Source: Anaerolineales bacterium (lineage in GTDB: Bacteria; Chloroflexota; Anaerolineae; Anaerolineales; E44-bin32). From it: 64,000 bases of DNA. The notes below the pieces were generated by a model, which was not told where the DNA came from, did no database searches, and saw only the letters and a program-made list of their open reading frames with translations. Positions within the stretch are counted from its first letter, which is position 1; every line of letters begins with the position of its first letter. The DNA is taken from positions 15,757 through 79,756 of the forward strand of contig DATIPT010000069.1 in NCBI GenBank assembly GCA_035471625.1. The letters are read 5' to 3'. Shown in pieces: positions 27,431 to 37,600 of this stretch. A program made the translations under genes and the position numbers.

Positions 27431-28186
27431 TCAGCCTTCGCTTGCTGATGCCATGGTCCCCGAGGCGGCGGCCGTCTTTGGAGGCCTCCGGGAGCTCACG
27501 AGATAGCCGACAAAGATGAGGATGATGGCGACGAGTTCGCTGATCCGGAACAGGCCAGGCCCGCCGAGGACGCCGATCGAGTGGGCCCCGGCCGCGACCA
27601 GGCCCCCGACTGCAATCAGGGCGACGCCGGCAACGTACGAGCCCGGCACCTCGCGATACCGCAGGAAGACCCAAACGGAATACAGGGCCGCCCCGATGAA
27701 CGCCGCGCTCCCCAGGATATTGGAGATCACGATGAAGATCCGCACCGGGATGAAGGGGAAGACCGAGACCTCGACAAAGCCGAGCGAGTCGGTGACGCTC
27801 AGCACGGCGGGATCGATCGGGTAGGTGAAGATCAACGCCGTCCCGATCACAGACAGCGCAAGGACGATCCAGATGTAGGCTCCCGCCAGCCGTCGGCCGG
27901 CCGTGAGGTACAGCGATCCGGCTCCCAGCCACGCGGCAACCATCAGGGCTCCGAAGGCGTAGTAGATGCGATACGTCGTAGGAGTCCAGACGCCTTGGCG
28001 CGCCGCGGCGACCTCCGCAGCCACCGCCACCGTCCATACGAGCAGCGCCCATGCCCAGAGCAGAGAGTGCATCCTTCGGCGTGCGTACCATCGGTAGGCG
28101 ACGACGACGGTAAAGATGGTGCTGACGAGCAGGTCTAGAGTCGACAGGGTGACGGCCATGAAGGCAACTCCCGAGAGTTGCCTCAA
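27431..28186 (-). CDS. Polytopic membrane protein, function unknown
   Basis: Seven or eight hydrophobic helices with consistent codon usage. Sits 5 nt upstream of the aminotransferase. An alternative start at 28159 is possible. No motif recognised. Confidence 0.55.
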   Translation of the reverse strand: MRQLSGVAFMAVTLSTLDLLVSTIFTVVVAYRWYARRRMHSLLWAWALLVWTVAVAAEVAAARQGVWTPTTYRIYYAFGALMVAAWLGAGSLYLTAGRRLAGAYIWIVLALSVIGTALIFTYPIDPAVLSVTDSLGFVEVSVFPFIPVRIFIVISNILGSAAFIGAALYSVWVFLRYREVPGSYVAGVALIAVGGLVAAGAHSIGVLGGPGLFRISELVAIILIFVGYLVSSRRPPKTAAASGTMASASEG

Positions 28187-28312
28187 GGGTAATCCTCGCG
28201 AAGCGGCCGGTCAACCCTGGCGCCCGGCTTACAGGTGGATTGCATTCGCAACCCCGCGTCCGGAAATCCGGCATACTGGTGGCGAAGGGCGAAGGCAAGA
28301 AACCGGCCCCAG

Positions 28313-28345
28313 AAAGCGAGGCTCGCTGCCGCTGCCTCGCTTTTT
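28313..28345 (+). promoter_or_regulatory. Terminator-like hairpin with T5 tail inside the 5' region of the GGDEF gene (candidate attenuator / small RNA 3' end)
   Basis: AAAGCGAGGC (28313-28322) pairs with GCCTCGCTTT (28334-28343), 11-nt loop, and a run of five T at 28341-28345. No upstream + strand gene is present to terminate. Confidence 0.4.
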
Positions 28346-28476
28346 GCGTGCCGCCGGGCCTCCAGGTGATTGCCTCCCTGAACGGCGGCCTCTATACTTG
28401 GGAGAATCCATGGATCCCTGCGATTCTGCCGCCAGAGCCGCCAATCCGGGGCAGCATCCGGCCCTCTGACCCATCG

Positions 28477-29880
28477 ATGGAGCCTGATTTTGTCCGACTG
28501 ATCGAGCACTCGCCCGACGCAGTCTTTCGTTGGAGCTTCGACCGCGGCCTGACCTATGCCAATCCTGCCTTCGCGCGACTGACGGGATACCCTCCGGAAG
28601 CGGGGCTGGAGTCCAAGGACTTCTTGCGGCGCTTGGTCGCAGCCGATGCGTGGGGCCCCATGGCGGAGGCGATCGAGCGCCTGCGGCGGGGAGAGGGGCC
28701 AGAGACGCTCCTGACTCGCGTGGCGCATCACGATGGCGGCGTGGTGTGGATGGACCTGGCCCTCGCGCCGGTCGAAGAAAGTGGCGGGAACGTCGTCGGG
28801 TTCGACGGGGTCGGGCGAGACATATCCCAGCAGCTCGAGGTGGCCGATCAGCTCCGGCGGCGCACGATGGAGCAGGCGACGCTCCTGCAGGTCCAGCGGG
28901 AGCTGCTGGCACAATTGGATCTCAACCCGACGCTGAACAAGATTGTCGAGCGCGCCTTGCGCCTGTTGGACGCCACAACGTGCACGATCTTCCTTGTGGA
29001 GGCCGACGGCGAAAGCTTGCGGCCGCTGGCGTCGGCAGGGGAATTCGCCGACGAACTGATGAGTCAGCGACCGAAGATCGGCCAGGGTCTGACCGGTTGG
29101 GTCGTCGAACACGGACTGCCCCAACGCGTCGATCACAGCAGCCAGGACTTCCGACCGCGGCACGTGGAGGGCACCCCCGAGGAAGATGAAAGCCTTCTGT
29201 GCGCGCCGCTGGAGATTGGGGGACAGGTGGCGGGCGCGCTCTTGCTGAGCGGCCAGGCCGGGCAATTTAGTGAGAACGACCTGGACTTTCTGGTCGCCCT
29301 GGCGCAGGTCGCTTCCCTGGCGATCGCCAACTCGCAGACTTTCGATCAGGTGCAGCGTCAGGCTACGATTGACAACCTCACCGGAGCGTTCAACCGCCAC
29401 TTCCTGGCTCAGAACCTTCGGAACGAACTGGCGCGGGCGGCGCGGCTCGGATATTCCGTGGGGTTGCTGATGGTCGACGTCGACAACCTCAAACGGGTTA
29501 ACGATCGCCACGGGCACCTCGTCGGTGACGAACTGCTCAAGGCCGTCGTCGACGGCCTGCGAGCGGTCAGCCGTGAGACCGACTGGGTGGCACGATACGG
29601 CGGCGATGAGTTCGCCGTGGTCTTGCCGGGATGCCCCCCTGACCAACTGCACGCCGTCGGGGAAAAGCTGCGCCGCAGCGTCGCCGGCCGGCGCCTGCGC
29701 TTGGCCGACGGAGAGAGCCTGGGCATCACCGTCAGCCTGGGGGGATCGGTCTTTCCCGAGGTCGCCGGCGATTTCGATACCCTGATGGCTCAGGCAGACG
29801 CCAATGAGCGGCGGGCAAAGCAGGCGGATGGCGACCGGGTTATCGTCGAGCCGCGTCCCAGGCCTCCCGGGGCCCGCTAG
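28477..29880 (+). CDS. PAS-GAF-GGDEF diguanylate cyclase
   Basis: PAS 'LIEHSPDAVFRWSFDRGLTYANPAFARLTGY'. GAF 'LRPLASAGEF...GLTGWVVEHGLPQRV'. GGDEF 'GAFNRHFL', 'MVDVDNLKRVNDRHGHLVGD', 'RYGGDEFAVVLPG'. Start ATG 28477 was chosen because the 79 codons upstream look non-protein-like. Confidence 0.85.
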   Translation: MEPDFVRLIEHSPDAVFRWSFDRGLTYANPAFARLTGYPPEAGLESKDFLRRLVAADAWGPMAEAIERLRRGEGPETLLTRVAHHDGGVVWMDLALAPVEESGGNVVGFDGVGRDISQQLEVADQLRRRTMEQATLLQVQRELLAQLDLNPTLNKIVERALRLLDATTCTIFLVEADGESLRPLASAGEFADELMSQRPKIGQGLTGWVVEHGLPQRVDHSSQDFRPRHVEGTPEEDESLLCAPLEIGGQVAGALLLSGQAGQFSENDLDFLVALAQVASLAIANSQTFDQVQRQATIDNLTGAFNRHFLAQNLRNELARAARLGYSVGLLMVDVDNLKRVNDRHGHLVGDELLKAVVDGLRAVSRETDWVARYGGDEFAVVLPGCPPDQLHAVGEKLRRSVAGRRLRLADGESLGITVSLGGSVFPEVAGDFDTLMAQADANERRAKQADGDRVIVEPRPRPPGAR

Positions 29881-29894
29881 CTCCCTGGATCCGA

Positions 29895-30395
29895 ATGGCG
29901 GGGATCAAAGCAGGATCCAAATACTCCCGGTTGTACGAGGAACTGCGCCTCGAGCCAGGGCCGCGCCTGAAGCTGACGATCTCCGATATCGAGGCGATCC
30001 TCGGCGAGCCGCTGCCGGCATCGGCCCGCACCGACCGCGGGTTCTGGGGCAACCGCCGCAGTGGACTGCAATCTTCGGCCTGGCTCGAAGCGGGGTTCCA
30101 TGTGGAGGAAGTCGACCTGGCGGCGGGCATCATCGGGTTCGTGCGCCGATCGAGCGCCTTCACGCTGCGAGTAGAGGACGGGGAGGTCCGCTGGGACGGT
30201 GCCTTGGTCCTGGCGTTGCGGTCGTACCTCGGGATGAATCAGTCTGAGTTGGCGGACGCGCTGGGCGTGCGCCAGCAGACGGTCAGTGAATGGGAATCCG
30301 GACAGTACGAGCCAAGCCGGAGTCGCTCGAAACACCTGTCGCTGATTGCCGAGCGAGCCGGCTTCAGTCCAACCTCCGCAGAGAGCAGGGGTTGA
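29895..30395 (+). CDS. XRE-family HTH protein with uncharacterised N-terminal module
   Basis: C-terminal HTH 'LGMNQSELADALGVRQQTVSEWESGQYEPS'. The N-terminal ~90 aa carry 'ISDIEAILGEPLPASARTDRGFWGN' and 'SAWLEAGFHVEEVDLAAGIIGFVR'. Starts 14 nt after the cyclase stop. Confidence 0.7.
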   Translation: MAGIKAGSKYSRLYEELRLEPGPRLKLTISDIEAILGEPLPASARTDRGFWGNRRSGLQSSAWLEAGFHVEEVDLAAGIIGFVRRSSAFTLRVEDGEVRWDGALVLALRSYLGMNQSELADALGVRQQTVSEWESGQYEPSRSRSKHLSLIAERAGFSPTSAESRG

Positions 30396-30531
30396 CAAGA
30401 CATCCGTTACCGTGTATAGTGGCAATCACCAGGGAGGATCCCTGGTTCCGGGTGGCTGGTGGTCTGGCGACCCCAGCGAGGACGCCCGGGCGCCGGCCCT
30501 GCAGGGGGTGGGGTCAGAGCCCGGGCGTTCT

Positions 30532-31632
30532 TCACCCGGAGGAGAGTTGGCGGTCGGTCGCTGGCGGGGAAGGCGGCACCACCAATTGCGCAAGCCGGCC
30601 AAGGGCTGCCTGCTGACTGGGTCGGGCCATGCGGAAGAACGGGACGGATAGGAGGCGAGGGGTCATCAGAACGCGGTAGCGGTCGTGAAGGCGCGTTCCC
30701 TCGGGGATGGATTCGATCTCGACCGTGTTCAGTGCCATGCGACGCCCGTCCGAAGGGCGGGAAATCTCTTCGGTGTAGTACTCAAAGGGGTGCCAGTCGA
30801 CGATGGTGTGGACGCTCTTGATCTGCTCGCCGTGCGTGCAGTGGGTTGTCGTCCCGACGCCGCTTCGACCGTCGGGGCCCGGGGGACGCTCATTGGTGAG
30901 GCCGAACCACTGGGAGCGAAGTCGCGGGTCGTTGAGCCAGTCCCATACGACTTCTGGCGGGGCTGGGAGATCGACGGTGTTTACGATGTCGGCCTCGGCC
31001 GTGCCGACATGGACGCGTCGGGCGCTCTGCAACACCGCCCAACGCTGGCGAAGGTCGAAGCTGAAGGTCTGGATCGGCTCGAAGTTCTCGTAGCGCTCGA
31101 TCTCGGGGTGCATGCCGCTCGTCGGAATAGCCAGGTGCCGGGCAGCCGACTCGGTGATCATGGCGTAGGCCTTCCAGCCGGTCTGTTCCTGCACCTGGTT
31201 CTTCAAGAGGCGATGGGCCAGGTTGACGGACGATCCCATCGGCTTCTTCCCGGATCCGAGCGCCTGGACGATGTACTCGCCTGTATGGATGACGAACTTC
31301 AGGTCCAGGACGGGCACGGCGCTGCAGGCGGAGCAAGAACAGGTGGTGTGGAGACGGATCGACTCGACGCGGCCGAGGAAGAGACAGTAGGTCTGTTCAA
31401 CGAGCTCGAGTAGGGTTTCGCCGCGCGGGAATCGATCTTGGGGGGCGAAGGCGAAGACTGCATCGCCTTCGACTTCGGCCAGATGGAGGGTCGGTGTCAG
31501 ACGGCCGACGACAAGCTGGAGGATTTCGGAGAGGATGTCGTGGGCGTGCTCGAGTTCCGTTTCGGAGAGGAACCGGGTGAACCCGCTGATGTCGGCGAGG
31601 ACCAGAACGCCTTGCTCGGTCTGTGGGCGCAT
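30532..31632 (-). CDS. DUF2652 (nucleotide-cyclase-fold) protein fused to SRPBCC/START-like domain
   Basis: 'VLVLADISGFTRFL', 'EVEGDAVFAF', 'IHTGEYIV...MGSSVNLAHRL' parallel class III cyclase metal and substrate motifs. Cys cluster 'CSCSACS'. The C-terminal 'VWDWLNDPRLRSQWFG' is SRPBCC-like. Confidence 0.7.
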   Translation of the reverse strand: MRPQTEQGVLVLADISGFTRFLSETELEHAHDILSEILQLVVGRLTPTLHLAEVEGDAVFAFAPQDRFPRGETLLELVEQTYCLFLGRVESIRLHTTCSCSACSAVPVLDLKFVIHTGEYIVQALGSGKKPMGSSVNLAHRLLKNQVQEQTGWKAYAMITESAARHLAIPTSGMHPEIERYENFEPIQTFSFDLRQRWAVLQSARRVHVGTAEADIVNTVDLPAPPEVVWDWLNDPRLRSQWFGLTNERPPGPDGRSGVGTTTHCTHGEQIKSVHTIVDWHPFEYYTEEISRPSDGRRMALNTVEIESIPEGTRLHDRYRVLMTPRLLSVPFFRMARPSQQAALGRLAQLVVPPSPPATDRQLSSG

Positions 31633-31719
31633 GAACGACGCCTCCTCCGGCCTGCACAGCAGAGCGGGTTGAGGGTGGAAGGCCTGTTGTTCGTTTCGTG
31701 GCTGGCCGAGGCGCCCGTC

Positions 31720-34431
31720 TCACCCCGGGCGGCGGCCAAGGAATCCGCGCAGCACTGCGTGGAGTATACCCCCGTTGCGGAAGACTTCGACCTCGGAGGG
31801 CGTATCAAGGCGAATCCGAGTGTGGAAGGCGAAGGACGATCCATCGGGTCGGTGTGCCTGGACCTCGGTCGCGCCGCCCGGCCGCAGCGCGGCGTCGAGG
31901 CCGAGCAGGTTGAAGACCTCGTTGCCCGTGATCCCAAGACTGGAGGCGGTCTGTCCGTCGGGGAACTGAAGCGGAAGGACGCCCATTCCGATCAGGTTGG
32001 AGCGGTGGATCCGCTCGTAGCTTGCGGCGATGACCGCCCGGACGCCCAGCAGCCGGGTTCCCTTGGCGGCCCAGTCGCGCGACGAACCGGTCCCGTACTC
32101 GCGGCCGGCAATCACAATGAGCGGCACACCCGCCTGCCGGTACCGCTCGGCGGCGTCGAAGATGGTGACGGTTTCGCCCGTAGGGTGGTGAACCGTGATC
32201 CCGCCCTCCGTTCCGGGGACGAGCAGGTTCTTCAAACGAATGTTGGCAAACGTGCCGCGGGTCATGATCCGATCGTTGCCGCGCCTGGATCCGTAGGAGT
32301 TGAACTCTCGGGGCCCGACGCCGCGCTCGATCAGGTAGCGGCCCGCCGGAGAGTCGGCCGGGATGACCCCGGCGGGAGAGATGTGATCGGTCGTGACCGA
32401 GTCGCCGAGCAGGGCGAGGACGCGTGCCCCGGTCAGGTCCGGGATGGTCCCCGGTTCATCGGGGATGCCATCGAAAAAGGGAGGTTCCTGGATATAGGTA
32501 GAGTCCGGATCCCAGGGGTAGAGCTGCGAATCGGAGGGCGGGATGGCGTTCCAGGAGTCGTTCCCGGTGAAGACCTCGGCGTAGCGCTCGCGGAACAGAG
32601 CCGGAGAGATTTCCTGCTGAATCACGGCTTGGACCTCGGCCGGGGACGGCCAGAGATCGCGCAGGTAGATGGGAGTACCGTCGGGGGCCGTCCCCAACGA
32701 TTCGGTGGTCAGATCGATCCCCATTCGGCCCGCCAAGGCAAAGGCAACGACGAGCGGAGGCGAGGCCAGGAAGTTGGCCCGCACATGCGGATGAACCCGT
32801 CCTTCGAAGTTGCGATTCCCGGAGAGGATCGCAGCGACCACCAGGTCACCCTCACTGATGGCTTTGACGACTTCGCCGGCCAGCGGACCGCTGTTCCCGA
32901 TGCAAGTGGTGCAGCCATAGCCAACGACGTTGAAGCCGAGTTGGGCCAACGGTTCGAGCAGGCCCGCTCGCTGCAAGTATTCGGTGACAACGCGCGAGCC
33001 GGGTGCCAGGCTCGTCTTGACGTGGGGTGCTACCTTCAGGCCCCGCGCTACGGCATTCCGGGCAAGCAGCCCCGCCGCAACCATCACCGATGGATTCGAG
33101 GTGTTGGTGCACGAGGTGATGGCTGCCAGGACGACCGAGCCATGGCCGATCACGGCCGAGCCCCCGTTCGTCCCGATCTGAACTTGCGTGGCGAGGCGCT
33201 CCTGGGCGAGCCCGTATCCGCCCGTGCGTACGTCCTCGGTCAGGGACTGGCGCAGGCCGGGCCCGACCTGGGCCAGGGGAACTCGATCCTGGGGTCGTTT
33301 CGGCCCAGCCAGGCTCGGCTCGATCGTGGTCAGGTCGACGTCGAGGATCTCGCTGAACTGAGGGTCCGGCGTCGCGACGGTCCGGAAGAGGACCTGCTCC
33401 TTGCAGTAGCGTTCCACGAGGTCGATCCGATCTTCCTCGCGTCCTGTCAGCCGGAGATAGCGAAGGGTCTCATCGTCTACCGGGAAGAAGCCGACAGTGG
33501 CGCCGTACTCCGGGGCCATGTTGGCGATCGTCGCCCGATCGGGGAGGGACAGGCGTTGGAGTCCGGGGCCGAAGAACTCGACGAACTTGTCGACGACGCC
33601 GTGGCGTCTCAGCTTCTGGGTGATCGTCAGGGTGAGGTCGGTCGCCGTTGCGCCGGCCGGGAGTTCTCCGTGCAGGCGTACACCCACGACTTCGGGAAGG
33701 ACGATAACCAGCGGCTGGCCAAGCATCGTCGCCTCGGCCTCGATGCCGCCCACACCCCAGCCCAAGACGCCCAGGCCATTCACCATCGTTGTATGCGAAT
33801 CCGTGCCCACCAGGCTGTCCGGAAGGGCAAGGGTCCCGTCCTGTGTGGTCTGGGTCTCCACGACCCTGGCCAGGTATTCGAGATTCACCTGGTGGACGAT
33901 CCCGGTGGCCGGAGGGACGACCCGGAAGTTGCGGAAGGCCGCCTGTCCCCAGCGAAGGAACCGGTAGCGCTCGGCGTTGCGCTGGAATTCAAGGTCAGCG
34001 TTTCGTCGAAAGGCTTCCGAGGACGCGAAGAAGTCGACTTGGACGGAGTGATCGATGACAAGGTCCACAGGGAGCCGGGGGTTGATCCGGCCCGGGTCCC
34101 CGCCCAGGCGGGCAAGCGCCGAGCGCATGGCGGCCAGATCGACGACGGCCGGAACCCCGGTGAAGTCCTGCATCAGGACGCGGGCCGGAAGAAAGGGGAT
34201 TTCGGGGCGTGAGTCCTGCTTCGGCTTCCAGTCCGCCACGGCCCGGACGGCGTCCATCCCAGAGAGTTGGCCGTCGGCCTGGCGCAGGACCGACTCGAGC
34301 AGGACGCGGATGGAGAACGGCAAGGTCTCCAGCCGGGTCAGGCCGGCCTCCTCGAGGGAGAGCAGGCGGAAGAAGTCGACTTCGCCGGCTTGGGTTGGAA
34401 GCCGACGGCGTGCCTGGAGGGCTGTGGTCAA
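31720..34431 (-). CDS. acnA: Aconitate hydratase A
   Basis: '[26 protein letters not shown]', '[10 protein letters not shown]', '[12 protein letters not shown]', '[16 protein letters not shown]'. TTG start 34431 with GGAGA upstream. Confidence 0.95.
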   Translation of the reverse strand: MTTALQARRRLPTQAGEVDFFRLLSLEEAGLTRLETLPFSIRVLLESVLRQADGQLSGMDAVRAVADWKPKQDSRPEIPFLPARVLMQDFTGVPAVVDLAAMRSALARLGGDPGRINPRLPVDLVIDHSVQVDFFASSEAFRRNADLEFQRNAERYRFLRWGQAAFRNFRVVPPATGIVHQVNLEYLARVVETQTTQDGTLALPDSLVGTDSHTTMVNGLGVLGWGVGGIEAEATMLGQPLVIVLPEVVGVRLHGELPAGATATDLTLTITQKLRRHGVVDKFVEFFGPGLQRLSLPDRATIANMAPEYGATVGFFPVDDETLRYLRLTGREEDRIDLVERYCKEQVLFRTVATPDPQFSEILDVDLTTIEPSLAGPKRPQDRVPLAQVGPGLRQSLTEDVRTGGYGLAQERLATQVQIGTNGGSAVIGHGSVVLAAITSCTNTSNPSVMVAAGLLARNAVARGLKVAPHVKTSLAPGSRVVTEYLQRAGLLEPLAQLGFNVVGYGCTTCIGNSGPLAGEVVKAISEGDLVVAAILSGNRNFEGRVHPHVRANFLASPPLVVAFALAGRMGIDLTTESLGTAPDGTPIYLRDLWPSPAEVQAVIQQEISPALFRERYAEVFTGNDSWNAIPPSDSQLYPWDPDSTYIQEPPFFDGIPDEPGTIPDLTGARVLALLGDSVTTDHISPAGVIPADSPAGRYLIERGVGPREFNSYGSRRGNDRIMTRGTFANIRLKNLLVPGTEGGITVHHPTGETVTIFDAAERYRQAGVPLIVIAGREYGTGSSRDWAAKGTRLLGVRAVIAASYERIHRSNLIGMGVLPLQFPDGQTASSLGITGNEVFNLLGLDAALRPGGATEVQAHRPDGSSFAFHTRIRLDTPSEVEVFRNGGILHAVLRGFLGRRPG

Positions 34432-34492
34432 ATCCTGCGTCTCCGGTTCAGGGTGGGGCGGCGGGGCCGCCGGGACCAGCGTCCGGCCTCGG

Positions 34493-34516
34493 GAGGGAGG
34501 CCTCCCTGAGTATAAT
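34493..34516 (+). promoter_or_regulatory. Inverted repeat AGGGAGG-C-CCTCCCT abutting a TATAAT box in the acnA / multi-GAF kinase divergent region
   Basis: 7-bp arms at 34493-34507. TATAAT at 34511-34516. Confidence 0.35.
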
Positions 34517-34630
34517 CGATGCGCTAGGCGGGCGGGGCCTCCTCGGGCCGCGTACTGCCGTCCCGGGGCCGTCCGTCAGGGCGGCTCGTTTGCTTTCGGA
34601 CACGGGCTTTGCGTCGGATAGGATTGAGGC

Positions 34631-37600
34631 GTGGATCGGGAGAAGCAAAGGACAACGCCTGGGATAGGCTCGGTGCGCACGGCCCCGCAGGCCGCTGCGC
34701 CCGACGTCGCGGCGGGGATCGAGATCGATCCCCGCGTCGAAGGCCCCTTGGGGGCGATCCTCGGCTCTCTGGTGACGCATGCAATGGCCCTTCTCAAGGG
34801 CGACGGAGGAGGCTTCTACCTAGCCGACCCCGGTGAGCGGACGCTGCAATGCGTCGTCGTGACCGGTATTCCCTCGAATATCCTGGGGAAGGTCCTGCGC
34901 TACGGCGAGGGCGCCGCTGGCAAGGTTGCCGAAGAAAAGGTTGCCCTCAACGTCGAGGACTACCGCACCTGGCAGGGACGGTCTCCGCAGTTCGAGGCCT
35001 CGGCGCCCTTCCGCGCCGTGGCCAGCGCACCGACCCTTGTGCGCGGCGCCGTCGTCGGAGTCCTGCATGTCTTGCGGACTTCCGGCGGGGATCCTTTTTC
35101 CGCCGCCGATGTCGAGGTGTTGTCGATCTTTGCCGACCAAGCCGGCATGGTTCTGGAGAACGCTCGTCTCCTGGAAGAGACCAATCGCCGGATCCATCAA
35201 CTCTCCATGTTGAACGAACTGACCCGAGTGGCCCTCGCTGCCGGCGACCTTGCTTCGATGTCGCAGGGCCTTGTCGAAGGGATCGAATCCTTGGTGGGAG
35301 CCGACGGGTGTCACCTGGTTGTGTGGAACGAGGACGAGAGCGTCGCCGTACCTTTGGCCGCCTCGGGCCTGTTGCGAGAGACCTATCGGGATATCCGACC
35401 CGTCGCGGGCCGACTGACCCTGACCGAGAGCTCGCTTCGGGAGGGGAGGCCTCTCGCCGTCGAGGATTGCCGGAACTCCCCTTTCCTCAGCCCCGAGATC
35501 GCTGCCGACTGTCCGTATGAGTCGATGCTGGGCGTGCCGTTGATCGTCGAGGACCGATGGATGGGGGCGGTCCTGCTCGTCTACCGGGAGCGACACTCGT
35601 TCGGCCCGGATGAGATCCACCTGTGTGAGCAGGCTGGCGGCCAGGTCGCACTGGCCTTGGCCAAGGTCCTGGCCTCGGAGGCCGATCGGGAACAGCGCGA
35701 GCAATTGGAGGGGTTGCGGCGTGCGGGGCTGCGCCTAACCGCCAGTCTGGAACGCCAAGCTGTCCTCGAAGCGCTTTTGGAAGAGGCCATCGATCTGGTC
35801 GGGGGGATCGATGCTCACATCTTCCTCTTCGACGGCCGCGCCCTGACGTTCGGGGCGGCGCTCTGGGACGGAACGTTCCGGTCCGCACCCTGGTCGGAAC
35901 CGCGTCCCGAGGGTCTGACATGGCAGGTGGCCCGCAGCGGAGGGCGAGTGGTTGTGCAAGATGCGGGTGATCACTCGTTGTACCGCCAAGCTCCCTGGCA
36001 AGGAAGCATCGTCGGTTTGCCCCTTCGCATTGGTGAGCATGTGCGCGGGGTGATGACAATGGCCTTCGGGAGTCCGGGCGCTGTGACCGACGGCCGGCTG
36101 CAGATCCTCGAACTCCTTGCGGATCAAGCTGTCGTCGCTATCGAGAATGCGCGGCTTTATGATGCCGCCGACGCCGAGCGGCGGCGGATTCGACTTCTCT
36201 ACGTGGTCAGTCGTGAGATCTCGACGAGCCTGGACCCGGCCGAGATTCTGCGGCGGGCGGTCAGCCTCGCGGTTGTCCACCTGGGAGGGAACCGCGGGGC
36301 GGGGTACGTGCTGGAGCCCGCCACAGGCCGGCTACGGCTGGTGGCCGCGGAGCCTGTATCTGAGGTCTCCCTGGAGGAGCAGGACCGGAAGTTGGGGCTC
36401 CGCCTGGGGCGCGGTTTGGCGGGTTGGGCAGCGGAGCGCCGGGAACCGGTCCTAGCATCGGATGTCCTTCATGATGAGCGGTGGGTCCCTGTGCCGGGGA
36501 TGGAATCCGAGGGCGGATCGGCCATGGCTGTGCCGATCGTCTCGGCGACCGATGTGCTGGGGAGCCTGGTCCTCCTGTCCAGCGAGCCCCTCGACGAAGG
36601 GCACCTCGAGCTGTTCCAGGCGATCGCGCGACAGGTCGGCCTGGCCCTGGCCAATGCCCAGCGCTACCAGCAGGTCACCCGTCGGTTGGCGGAGTGGACG
36701 GCGCTCCAGCAGGTTGCCAAGGTCGTCAACCGACGGCTGGAGCTTCTTCCCCTTCTCGATGAGATCGTTCGTCAGGTGAGCGATGTCTTGGGATATCCGG
36801 TCGTCGAGATCTCCCTGATTGAGGGGGACGAACTCATCCTGCAAGCGGCCAATGGGTCGGAGGTGGTCGGATCCAAGCGGCTGTCGCTGACACAAGGGAT
36901 TATTGGTCGGGCGGTCCGCACGAATCGTCCGACCCACGTGCCCGATGTCGAGGCCGATCCAGATTATGTGGTTGGAGTCCCTTCCACGCGTTCGGAGATC
37001 GCGGTGCCCCTGTACAAAGGGGACATCGTGGTGGGCGTGCTGAACGTGGAGTCACCGGTGACCGGAGGGCTGACTGAGGAAGACCTGGACCTGTTGACGC
37101 TCCTCGCCGATCAAGTGTCCGTCGCTCTGGAGAACGCCGCACTCTACGAGAGGCTGCGCCGGCACACCGCGGACCTTGAAGCGACGGTCTCCGAGCGGAC
37201 GGCTGAACTGCAGACCGCCTTGGCGGAGTCCCGGGCGGCGGACCAACTGAAGACTCGATTTGTGGCCGACGTCTCGCACGAGCTACGAACACCGCTGACC
37301 AACATTCGCCTCTACCTCGACCTGCTGGACAAGGGAAGGAGCGAGCGGTTCGCCGACTACCTAGAGACCCTCCACCGAGAGACGAATCGCCTGATTGACT
37401 TGATCGAGGATCTGTTGACGGTCTCCCGTTTGGACGCCGAGACGGCCGAGATGACTCCGGTCTGGATCGACCTGAACAGCATGGCCTTCAGCCTGGTGGA
37501 AGATCGGCGTCGTCTGGTCTCCAAGCTGGACCTGGGGATCGGGTTCGAGCCCCAGTCGGATCTGCCCCTCGTGCGCGCCGACGAGCGCATGATTTCACAA

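Noticed and set aside
27426-28298. N-terminal 291 codons of the 665-aa ORF containing the aminotransferase
   Set aside because: The region is occupied, in another frame on the same strand, by a coherent polytopic membrane protein (27431..28186). The aminotransferase fold starts at MRDLDPS (27425).
28187-28476. Possibility that the GGDEF leader is a c-di-GMP (GEMM-I/II) riboswitch
   Set aside because: By eye I could not find the conserved GEMM-I features (paired P1/P2 with a GNRA tetraloop/receptor and conserved 'ACGCACAGGGCAAACC'-like core). I kept it only as an unclassified hairpin finding.
31438-34212. 924-aa ORF on the + strand
   Set aside because: It is entirely antisense to acnA, whose translation carries unmistakable aconitase motifs. 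The + strand product is Arg/Gly/Asp-rich low-complexity sequence typical of GC-rich antisense frames.
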